Below the pieces are notes generated by a model. It was not told the origin of the DNA. It did not search any database and saw only the letters and a list, made by a program, of their open reading frames with translations. 32,000 nucleotides of DNA from Candidatus Iainarchaeum sp. (GTDB taxonomy: Archaea; Iainarchaeota; Iainarchaeia; Iainarchaeales; CSSED10-239). The DNA lies in contig JAQVTI010000001.1 in NCBI GenBank assembly GCA_028700115.1, forward strand, positions 60,001-92,000. The letters run 5' to 3'. Below, in pieces: positions 9,170 to 17,701 of the stretch. The stretch's first letter is position 1, and the number at the start of each line of letters is the position of its first letter. The position numbers were made by a program, and so were the translations under genes.

Positions 9170-9660
9170 TTAATAACTTTTGCTTTAACTCTTAATTCAA
9201 CAATAATATTTCCAAAAACTCTTTTTAAAGCATTCAAAATTACTTTTGGCAACCATTTAATAAATCTTTGAGGTACAGAAATTAATTCAATAATTTCAAA
9301 TTTTTCTTTTTGAATTATATGATTATAATTTACAAAACCCAAAGTTTGTAACATAGATTTTTCATTAAAAAAATTAACATGTGTAGGATCGGCATACGCA
9401 TAATATGAATTATAATAAGGCACAATTATTTCTACAACACCTTTATTTTTCGAAATTCTCCAAATTTCTTGCATTACTTTTTGAGGATTATTTAAATGTT
9501 CTAAAACATTATCAATTAAAACATAACTAAAAGTATCATCTTTAAATGGATAAGGATATTTTGAAAAATCAAAAGAATTATCTATATTTTTAGCTTTCTG
9601 AAAATCTACATTGACCCATCCTTTTTTAATATCTTTTCCACAACCAAAATTCAATTTCAC
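9166..9660 (-). CDS. Class I SAM-dependent methyltransferase (glycan-cluster type)
   Basis: KLNFGCGKDIKKGWVNVDF, FSYVLIDNVLEHLNNPQKVMQEIWRISKNKG, DPTHVNFF. Confidence 0.85.
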   Translation of the reverse strand: MKLNFGCGKDIKKGWVNVDFQKAKNIDNSFDFSKYPYPFKDDTFSYVLIDNVLEHLNNPQKVMQEIWRISKNKGVVEIIVPYYNSYYAYADPTHVNFFNEKSMLQTLGFVNYNHIIQKEKFEIIELISVPQRFIKWLPKVILNALKRVFGNIIVELRVKAKVIK

Positions 9661-9666
9661 TAAAAA

Positions 9667-10779
9667 TCACTTACTTTCAAAAATATCAATTAATTTTTCT
9701 TCAGAATAATCTATTAAATAATTATTTAAGAAATATTTTCTAATATATTTAGATTTATTCTTATTCAACTGATTTAATTTAATATAATTAACAAAATCTT
9801 TATAATAACATTTATTAGATATATATCCAAGTTTATTTACAACTATATCTTTTATTGCACCATTATTATAACTTAAAACCGAACACCCACACATATATGC
9901 TTCTAAAATAACTAAAGGAAAACATTCTTTTTCATATTTAGTAGGAAATATTAAATAATTGGATTTTAATAAATAATCATACTTTTTAGATCCATAAATA
10001 GGACCTAAATAATTACAATTTTTTAATTTTAATTTATTTTTTGTAAAATTCCATTTTTCTTTAAATTCATCTGAACTCCAAGCCCCAATAAAATCACAAG
10101 TATATTTTATTTTATTTTTTTCAAGTTCTTTTAAAAAATATAAAACATCTAAAGGACCCTTAGATTTAATCATATTTGATAAATATACAAATTTAATTTG
10201 TTTAGAATCAAATTTATATTTTAAAAATTTATTAAATTTAAATTCACTTATTTCATCTTTAATTCCATTTGGAAGATAAAAAACTTGTTTTTTACTAATA
10301 ACCTTACTAAAACTAGAATATAATAAAGGAGATAATAAAATTACTTTTGTTTTTTTAAATACTTTTTTATAATATTTCTCTAAAGATTTATGTTCAGATA
10401 AATAAAAATTTAATCCTTTGGCATGAAAATGTATAAAAATATCTTTTCTAAATAATTTAGCTAACCAAACATAAATAGAGTCTCTTAAAAAAGCACTTCC
10501 AAAAGGAGCCATTTCCAAATATACTTTATTTGGTCTAAATATAACTAATTTATATAATAATTTAAAAAAAACTCTAAAAACATTAAAAATAGATTTAAAA
10601 TTAAATTTACCTATATCTTTTATATTTGAATAATTATTTAATTTAATATAATTAATATTATATTTTTTATTTATTAATTTACTATTTAAGTAAATATCAT
10701 TCATCTTTGCAGCTCCATGAACAGGAGGTGCAAGTCTTACTAAATATAATATTTTTTTCTTTTTTACCAAATATATCAC
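9667..10779 (-). CDS. GT4-family glycosyltransferase
   Basis: N-terminal ILYLVRLAPPVHGAAKMN, C-terminal NYLIFPTKYEKECFPLVILEAYMCGCSVLSYNNGAIKDIV. Confidence 0.88.
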   Translation of the reverse strand: MIYLVKKKKILYLVRLAPPVHGAAKMNDIYLNSKLINKKYNINYIKLNNYSNIKDIGKFNFKSIFNVFRVFFKLLYKLVIFRPNKVYLEMAPFGSAFLRDSIYVWLAKLFRKDIFIHFHAKGLNFYLSEHKSLEKYYKKVFKKTKVILLSPLLYSSFSKVISKKQVFYLPNGIKDEISEFKFNKFLKYKFDSKQIKFVYLSNMIKSKGPLDVLYFLKELEKNKIKYTCDFIGAWSSDEFKEKWNFTKNKLKLKNCNYLGPIYGSKKYDYLLKSNYLIFPTKYEKECFPLVILEAYMCGCSVLSYNNGAIKDIVVNKLGYISNKCYYKDFVNYIKLNQLNKNKSKYIRKYFLNNYLIDYSEEKLIDIFESK

Positions 10780-11495
10780 TTAAAATCTTTTAATTTTAAA
10801 GAAAATATAAAAATAAATCCTTTAATACTATTTATTACTTTTTTAAAAGAATGTTTAAAATCAGTAACTAATCTATAAAACCACTCAAAACCAATCTTTT
10901 GTATAAATTTAGGTGCATGTTTCTTTTTATTTGAAATAAAATCAAAACCAGCACCTACATTAAATATGAATTTAACTTTAACAATATTAAATAAATCATT
11001 TGCTAAGATTTCTTGTTTAGGATTACCAATACCAATCCAAAGGTAGTCACATTTTGAAGCATTTATCTTTTTAGACATTTTTGATATTTCATTTTTATTA
11101 AATTTAATTGTATCTTTAATAAATGGAGGATTATAATAAGATATATTTTTTATAAGTATATTAAATTTCTTAGAAATTAAAGAAACTTCTTTTTCACCTA
11201 AATTACCTAGTAAAAAATGCTTTTTCTTTTTAAAATAATTATCAGATAAAATTTGTTCAAAAAAATAAGGACCTTGTATTCTTTTAACTTTTTTAAAATT
11301 AATAATAGATAAATAAGCAGATATTGGAAATCCATCTATAAAATTAAAATTATTTTTATTATTTATAGAATTATAAAATAATTTATTTGTATTATATAAA
11401 TATAAACTATACATATTTAAAAAATTAAAAATTACTTTTTTATCTTTTTTAATATATTTTTTTAAATAATTTATATTTGATCTATAAAACAACAT
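10776..11495 (-). CDS. WecG/TagA/CpsF-family glycosyltransferase (GT26)
   Basis: KCDYLWIGIGNPKQEILAN, FIFNVGAGFDFISNKKKHAPKFIQKIGFEWFYRLVTD, typical of the GT26 family. Confidence 0.88.
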   Translation of the reverse strand: MLFYRSNINYLKKYIKKDKKVIFNFLNMYSLYLYNTNKLFYNSINNKNNFNFIDGFPISAYLSIINFKKVKRIQGPYFFEQILSDNYFKKKKHFLLGNLGEKEVSLISKKFNILIKNISYYNPPFIKDTIKFNKNEISKMSKKINASKCDYLWIGIGNPKQEILANDLFNIVKVKFIFNVGAGFDFISNKKKHAPKFIQKIGFEWFYRLVTDFKHSFKKVINSIKGFIFIFSLKLKDFK

Positions 11496-11499
11496 ATAA

Positions 11500-12984
11500 T
11501 CATTTTTTTCTAAATTTATTTATAATTGGATTTATTAAAAATAAAATTTCTTTTATTCTAATATACTTGAAAAGGAAAATACATATAAAGTATATTAATC
11601 CTCCAATAACAGCATATCCTAAAACATTAAGTGAATTTTGTAAAAAAATTATATTAAGAATATCTTTTATTAAAAATATACCTAAAAGCATAATAATTCC
11701 AGAAACAAAAGGAACTATTAAATTTCTAAAGAAATTTGTTTGTTTTAAAATATCTTTTCTAAATTTATAATAAACACCTATAAAAATAATAACTTCTGAA
11801 ATAATTGTTGTAATTCCTGCACCTATAATCCCAAATAAAGGAATTGCAATAAAATTTAATAAAACATTTACAATTGATGCAATTAAAACCATCTTAAATT
11901 GGTATCTTTGATAATCATAAACATTTAATGAATTATTAAATATTTGATTAATTGCATTAAATAAGAAAAACAACATAATTAATTTAAATGCAATATTTCC
12001 TAAAACAAAATCTTTTCCAAAAACTAATAAAATTATTTCTTTTGATAAAAATATAGATCCAAAACATAAAGGTACTGCTAAAGTTAAAACTACTTTTGTA
12101 AATTTATTAAAAATATCTTTAAATTGCTTTTTTGATTTTGTAGCAATTGAAAGTTGTGGAAAAAAAGTTGTGGAAAAAATTGCAATTACTCCAATCATAA
12201 ATCCATAAAATGAATAACCTATAGAATAAAGTCCTACTTGATAATCATTTATAAAAAGAGAAATCATAAATCTATCAAAATTAAAATAAATTAAACCAAA
12301 AAGTCCAGAAAGTGCAAATGGCCAAAATATCTTAGATTTTTCTTTAATAAAATTAACATCTAATTTTGGTTTAAATTTAATTCTATTTTTAAAAAACTTC
12401 ACAAAATTATATAATATAAATATTAATCCTAATATAGAACCTAAAACATAAGATAAAGAAACTCCTAATACACCTTTATTTAAATAAATAACAAATAATA
12501 ATCCTATAACTATGCCTAATTTCAAAATAATTTCTCTTATTGATTCGTATTTCATCTTCTCAAAAGCATTTAAAAAATTTCCAAAATAACCAGAAAATGA
12601 TTGAATCATATTAAAAAAAATAAAAACTATAATTAATGCTTTTACAATGAAAGGTTTATTTAAAAATAAAGAAACTAAATAAACTATTATTCCAAATAAA
12701 AATATACAAATTAGTTTTAAATAGAAAAAATTATTAAAATATAAATTTAATAACTTTTTATTTTTAGAAACATCTCTAAAAATAAGAACTCCTAAACCTA
12801 TATTTGCAATTATAGAAAATATTCCAACAAAAGAAAGTGCAAAATTTAACTGACCATATCCAGTTACACCTAAATATCTAGGAATTAATGTAATTGTTAC
12901 AATAGATAATAAATATACAAATATTTTTGAAAAAGTAAGCCAACCTATGTTTTTGGCAATAGTTTTCTTATCTTCTATTTCCAT
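11500..12984 (-). CDS. Wzx-type polysaccharide flippase (oligosaccharide/polysaccharide exporter)
   Basis: About 12-14 hydrophobic segments; N-terminus NIGWLTFSKIFVYLLSIVTITLIPRYLGVTGYGQLNFALSFVGIFSIIANIGLGVLIFRDVSK typical of Wzx/RfbX. Confidence 0.88.
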   Translation of the reverse strand: MEIEDKKTIAKNIGWLTFSKIFVYLLSIVTITLIPRYLGVTGYGQLNFALSFVGIFSIIANIGLGVLIFRDVSKNKKLLNLYFNNFFYLKLICIFLFGIIVYLVSLFLNKPFIVKALIIVFIFFNMIQSFSGYFGNFLNAFEKMKYESIREIILKLGIVIGLLFVIYLNKGVLGVSLSYVLGSILGLIFILYNFVKFFKNRIKFKPKLDVNFIKEKSKIFWPFALSGLFGLIYFNFDRFMISLFINDYQVGLYSIGYSFYGFMIGVIAIFSTTFFPQLSIATKSKKQFKDIFNKFTKVVLTLAVPLCFGSIFLSKEIILLVFGKDFVLGNIAFKLIMLFFLFNAINQIFNNSLNVYDYQRYQFKMVLIASIVNVLLNFIAIPLFGIIGAGITTIISEVIIFIGVYYKFRKDILKQTNFFRNLIVPFVSGIIMLLGIFLIKDILNIIFLQNSLNVLGYAVIGGLIYFICIFLFKYIRIKEILFLINPIINKFRKK

Positions 12985-13028
12985 AATAATAAATTAGATA
13001 TATAAATATATTTAAACTATATTATTTT

Positions 13029-14471
13029 ATGAATTACAAAAATATACTTTCATTTATTGAGAAAAATAAACTTACAATAATTCTAATTATTATAGGTATT
13101 CTCTCTATTATATATGCATTAATACAATATATGCCATACTGGGATGAAGGAGTATACACTAGTAATGGAAAATATATATTCTCAAACACAGAAAAGTTAA
13201 CATATGAATACCAAAGACCACCTGTTATGAGTCTAATAATAGGTTTTTTCTGGAAAATTAGTTTAAATGAATTTATATTTTCTAAACTTACTTTAATTAT
13301 TATATTTTTACTAGGACTTTTTGCTTTATATAAAATAGCAGAAGATATAAAAAAAGGCTCAGGAGTAATTACAACTTTACTTTTTGCATCATGTGCTACA
13401 ATTTCCTTTTACACAAATAGATTGCTTACAAGTATTCCTGGAACTTCTCTTGCAATCATAGGATATTATCTATATACTAAAAAGAAATATTATCAATCTG
13501 GTTTGTTATTTGCCCTAGGTTTCTTATTTAGATATACTTCTCCTTTAATGTTTATTGTAATTGGTATATTTTTAGTAATTGAATTAATTAAATATCATAA
13601 AAGAAAAAATATTTTTAATATTTTAAAATATGGTTTAGGTTTTGCAACTTTAGTTTTTCCTTTTATGTTAATCAATGCATTTACTTTAGATTTAAATCAT
13701 TCTTTTATTAAAAAAATGATAGTGCCTTTTTTAGATGCATCTAACATGGTTGCTGCAAATTCTTTTGATTTAGTAAACTCTGGATTAGTATACTATATAA
13801 AGTTCTTATTTACTCAAAATCTATTTATTGTATTTTTTATAATTTTTATAGTATTTTTATTTATAAAAAAAGAATTTAGAACAAATAAAATAATTATACC
13901 ATTTATTACTTCTTTAGTTTATTTATTATATCTTTCAAGCATAGTACACTATGAACCTAGATATTTTATTGTAGCTCTTCCTTATTTTGCAATAATTTCA
14001 GGATTTGTAATAACTTATTTTTTAAAAAATATAAAAATAAGAAGAATTTTAGAAATTGTTTTAATAGTTTTAACAGTTATTGTTTTTATTGGATGCATGC
14101 AAGTCCAGATAAATATAAACTACGGAACTGAGTTTGAAAAAATTGAAAACTATTATTCATATGTTATAAACAATGATTCTGACTATAATGGAATTATAGG
14201 AATTGATAATCCTGTTTTTGGAGTATATAATAGTAATAATAATGTATTCTATCTTGCAGGTCCAGAATATGCAGAAAATAGACTAAATAAATACAGACCT
14301 GTTAAATATTTATTGTTTGAAGAAAGAAGCTTTGAATGTTGGAAAGAAAATGATACAGTTTGTGAAAAACAAGTAGAAAGCTTTAATAGTTTAATAGAAA
14401 AAGAATATGATTTAGTTTATACATCAAATTTCCAAGGAACAGATCATTTCATATACAAACTAAAAGAATAA
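13029..14471 (+). CDS. Membrane glycosyltransferase, ArnT/PMT (GT39/GT-C)-like
   Basis: Early acidic motif PYWDEGVYTSNGKYIF, multiple TM helices, FRYTSPLMFIVIGIFLVIE, VHYEPRYFIVALPYFAI. Confidence 0.75.
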   Translation: MNYKNILSFIEKNKLTIILIIIGILSIIYALIQYMPYWDEGVYTSNGKYIFSNTEKLTYEYQRPPVMSLIIGFFWKISLNEFIFSKLTLIIIFLLGLFALYKIAEDIKKGSGVITTLLFASCATISFYTNRLLTSIPGTSLAIIGYYLYTKKKYYQSGLLFALGFLFRYTSPLMFIVIGIFLVIELIKYHKRKNIFNILKYGLGFATLVFPFMLINAFTLDLNHSFIKKMIVPFLDASNMVAANSFDLVNSGLVYYIKFLFTQNLFIVFFIIFIVFLFIKKEFRTNKIIIPFITSLVYLLYLSSIVHYEPRYFIVALPYFAIISGFVITYFLKNIKIRRILEIVLIVLTVIVFIGCMQVQININYGTEFEKIENYYSYVINNDSDYNGIIGIDNPVFGVYNSNNNVFYLAGPEYAENRLNKYRPVKYLLFEERSFECWKENDTVCEKQVESFNSLIEKEYDLVYTSNFQGTDHFIYKLKE

Positions 14472-14474
14472 GAT

Positions 14475-15218
14475 TTATTTTTTATAAATCTTATATTTCT
14501 TAATACCCCATTTTGTTAAAAGGTATTTAATTAATTCACCAAATATAGAAAATCCATATTGAAATGATGATTTTAGATCAATTGAAGATGCATCATCAAA
14601 ATATCTTGTCTCAACTGGAATTTCTCTTATTCTAAATCTTTTTGAAATTACTTGAATTATAATTTGTGTATCAAAAACAAAATTATTTGAGTTTTTTTCA
14701 TATGGAATAGATTCAAGTAATTCTTTTGACCAAGATCTATATCCTGTATGAAATTCACTTAAGTTACTTCTTAAAACTAGATTTTCTATAAAAGTTAAAA
14801 TTCTATTTCCTATATATTTATACTTAGGCATTCCACCTTTTATAGGATCTCTTGCATATAAAAATCTAGATGCAAAAACTGCACTTGCAGTTCCGTTTGC
14901 AATTGGAGAAATCATATCTTCTAAAATTCTAGGATCATACTGATAATCTGGATGAACCATAACTACAATATCAGCACCTCTTTTTAGGGCTTCTTTATAA
15001 CAAGTCTTTTGATTCCCACCATAACCTGTGTTTTTTTTATGAATTATAGTTGTAAGTTTAAGTTTTCTTGCAAGTTTAGCGGTTCCATCTTTAGAACAGT
15101 CATCAACTAATATCATTTCATCTACAAACTTTTTAGGAATATCTTTTACTGTTTGTTCAAGTGTTTTTTCTGCATTGTATGCTGGAAAAACTACTGCAAC
15201 TTTTTTACCTTTATACAT
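14475..15218 (-). CDS. GT2-family glycosyltransferase (dolichyl-phosphate sugar synthase-like)
   Basis: VAVVFPAYNAEKTLEQTV, EMILVDDCSKDGTAKLAR, ADIVVMVHPDYQYDP, SRF, GYRSWSKELL. Confidence 0.88.
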   Translation of the reverse strand: MYKGKKVAVVFPAYNAEKTLEQTVKDIPKKFVDEMILVDDCSKDGTAKLARKLKLTTIIHKKNTGYGGNQKTCYKEALKRGADIVVMVHPDYQYDPRILEDMISPIANGTASAVFASRFLYARDPIKGGMPKYKYIGNRILTFIENLVLRSNLSEFHTGYRSWSKELLESIPYEKNSNNFVFDTQIIIQVISKRFRIREIPVETRYFDDASSIDLKSSFQYGFSIFGELIKYLLTKWGIKKYKIYKK

Positions 15219-15301
15219 ATTACATCATTTTTTAAAAACATTTATTAATTAGTAAATATAATATTTATTAGTAAACAAATATAAAACAAACGGAAAGAAA
15301 A

Positions 15302-15742
15302 ATGAAACAAAACATATTAGATAAAATATTTGATATTTTAGAAAAGCATTTCAAATTTTTTAAACATTTTAGAAAAATTGGAAAATATTTATTTTTTTCT
15401 GTAATTGCAACTCTAGTTGATATTGTTTGTTTGTATATATTTACTGAGTTTCTAAATGTATTCTATTTAGTTTCAGCAAGTTTATCTTATTGTGTAGGTA
15501 TGGTTATTGCCTTTTTTGGAAATAAGAAATATACTTTTGAAAATAAAACTGATAAGAAAAACATAACTAAATTTATTGAGTTTACTATAATTTCTTTAAT
15601 TGGTTTAGTACTAAATATTATTTTAATTAAAATATTTACAGAAAATCTAGGTTTATGGTATATCTTATCAAAAATAATTACAGTTGTAATTATATTCTTT
15701 GCAAAATATATTGCACATAAAAAAATAGTTTTTAGAAATTAA
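15302..15742 (+). CDS. GtrA-family membrane protein
   Basis: Four TM segments; FLFFSVIATLVDIVCLYIF, YCVGMVIAFFGNKKYTFENKT, FIEFTIISLIGLVLNIILI, KYIAHKKIVF. Confidence 0.88.
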   Translation: MKQNILDKIFDILEKHFKFFKHFRKIGKYLFFSVIATLVDIVCLYIFTEFLNVFYLVSASLSYCVGMVIAFFGNKKYTFENKTDKKNITKFIEFTIISLIGLVLNIILIKIFTENLGLWYILSKIITVVIIFFAKYIAHKKIVFRN

Positions 15743-15743
15743 A

Positions 15744-15887
15744 TTATTTTAAATTAAAAACGACTCCTAAAAATCCAATTACCCCAAATAAAGCAGCAAC
15801 CCATCCATATAAATAAAATGGATTTGCTAATATATAAATTGCTATAAATAAAAAAACTATACTAATTAATAAACTTTTAATATCCAC
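15744..15887 (-). CDS. Small membrane protein, 47 aa, GTG start (not in ORF track)
   Basis: Hand translation: MDIKSLLISIVFLFIAIYILANPFYLYGWVAALFGVIGFLGVVFNLK*. Two hydrophobic segments, upstream GGGAGTGAT as possible SD, starts immediately after the TAG of the split PIN gene. Confidence 0.55.
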   Translation of the reverse strand: MDIKSLLISIVFLFIAIYILANPFYLYGWVAALFGVIGFLGVVFNLK

Positions 15888-15888
15888 A

Positions 15889-16452
15889 CTAATCACTCCC
15901 ACTTAAATATTTTTTATTAATATAATCTTCAAAATCATTAATTCCCATTATATCAATATCTCTAAATGGAAGATTATAATTAGAATAATATTTTTTATAA
16001 ATATCTTCACAAGTAAAAAAATCAGCTAAATTATCAGTAAATATAATATTTACAAATTTATTAGAATCTTTTTCATTTTGTTCTAAAAAATAAATTATCA
16101 TATCATCAAAATCAAATCCTTCTCTTTCTAATTCATACTATTCTAAAATTATATTTTTTTGAAGAGCATTTAATTTTGAAAATTCTAAGAAATCATCTGA
16201 AAAATAACACTTAAATTCTTTTTCATCAAAATACAAATTATACTTATTTATTATAAATTTAATTTCATTAAAAATTTTATCATTAACTTTAAATAATAAT
16301 TTATCGAAACCAGATATAGTTGAAAAAATATTTTTTATTTTTTCCATTTTTATAAATTCATTATTTAAAGGAGTCATTCCTGAATCAGACTGATAATTAA
16401 AAATCCATATATTAGTATCTACTAAAACAATATCTTTTCTATCTACAGTCAT
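15889..16452 (-). pseudogene. PIN-domain protein interrupted by an in-frame TAG at 16138-16140
   Basis: ORFs 16138..16452 (DIVLVDTNIWIF...NALQKNIILE*) and 15889..16101 are in the same frame; read through, ILE*YELEREGFDFDDMIIYFLEQNEKDSNKFVNIIFTDNLADFF is continuous with no shift. Confidence 0.7.
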
Positions 16453-16671
16453 AATTAACTCCGAACTTATAATTAAAATATATTTAATAAATATAATTAT
16501 GTATAGTAAACTTTAAAAGTATATCTTATAGTATATAAAGTTAAGGATATATTTCAAATAATAATAACTTATATATATAACTTTCTATTTAAAAAAAATA
16601 AATACAAACATTTATAAACAATATAATACATAATTATTATACTAAATTATAATAAAAAAATTTGATTTTTT

Positions 16672-17637
16672 ATGGCAATTAAAAAAGATATTTTAAATTA
16701 TATAATAAATAACCCTAGTCTAACTTCTAAACAAATTATTCAAAATAACAAATATACAGAAATAACTATTAAAAAAATTATATTTGAACTTCTAGAAGAA
16801 AAACAAATAAAGTTAGAAAATGGAAAATATTATTCTATAAACTATATAGACAATAAAAAACAAATTATAGATAAAGATACATTTTTTGGAATATATGTAA
16901 AACAAGAACATAAAGATATAATTAAATATTTATTTAGAGAAATTAGAAATAATTGGATAAAATATAATAATAAAGAACCAGACAATACACAAATATATAA
17001 AATACTTGTAGAAATAAATAATATTTCAGAAAAAATAGATTTACCTATTGTATGGTATAAATTTGGACAAATACCAGTTATTAGTTATAATATAAACGAT
17101 TTAGAAAATATAAAAGAAATAAATGGAATAAATTCAAAAGATATAATAAAAAGTATATTTAAAAATTTAAAAAGAACTTCAAAAGAAATTAAACTTAAAC
17201 AATACACTTCAGGATCTACAAACATGCACACAATTTATTCTTTTAAAGAAAGAATTATTGAAAGATTCTTTAGAAATGATTTTAAATTCATAAAAGATAA
17301 CTTCAAAATATTTTTTAAAAAATTACCATACATGAAAGATCCAAATAAAACTCTAAATAGATTTTATGAATTTATCTGTATGTACAACAAACTAGATAAA
17401 AATAAACAAATAAATCCTAAATATAAAGATTTATTTAATAAATTATTTACATCTTTTTGGAACATAGTTGCAATTTATAATTTCAAACATGATATAAAAA
17501 ATTATTATATAAAAAATAACATAGATATAAATATAGATAATAATTTTAAATTTAAATTACAAATGGAAGTTGAAGAATTTAATAATTTACTATCTTTATT
17601 TGAAACAGAATATTTATCTACAGAAAATAGTTTTTAA
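16672..17637 (+). CDS. Hypothetical protein with N-terminal winged-HTH-like region (321 aa)
   Basis: LNYIINNPSLTSKQIIQNNKYTEITIKKIIFELLEEKQIKLENGKYYSI resembles a wHTH; remainder not recognised. Confidence 0.6.
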   Translation: MAIKKDILNYIINNPSLTSKQIIQNNKYTEITIKKIIFELLEEKQIKLENGKYYSINYIDNKKQIIDKDTFFGIYVKQEHKDIIKYLFREIRNNWIKYNNKEPDNTQIYKILVEINNISEKIDLPIVWYKFGQIPVISYNINDLENIKEINGINSKDIIKSIFKNLKRTSKEIKLKQYTSGSTNMHTIYSFKERIIERFFRNDFKFIKDNFKIFFKKLPYMKDPNKTLNRFYEFICMYNKLDKNKQINPKYKDLFNKLFTSFWNIVAIYNFKHDIKNYYIKNNIDINIDNNFKFKLQMEVEEFNNLLSLFETEYLSTENSF

Positions 17638-17701
17638 AAAAATTTATAAACATATATATCTTCTTATAATATAATTACAAAAATATATTTTTAGATAAAT
17701 T

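Noticed and set aside
11477-11770. Plus-strand 97-aa ORF
   Set aside because: Antisense to the flippase 5' coding end region and the WecG/TagA start; no coding signature beyond openness. Rejected as spurious.
16138-16140. Pyrrolysine/UAG recoding in the PIN gene
   Set aside because: TAG appears to be an ordinary terminator for rubrerythrin (no nearby second stop) and for other genes in this window; nonsense mutation or sequence error is simpler. Kept only as an item to check.
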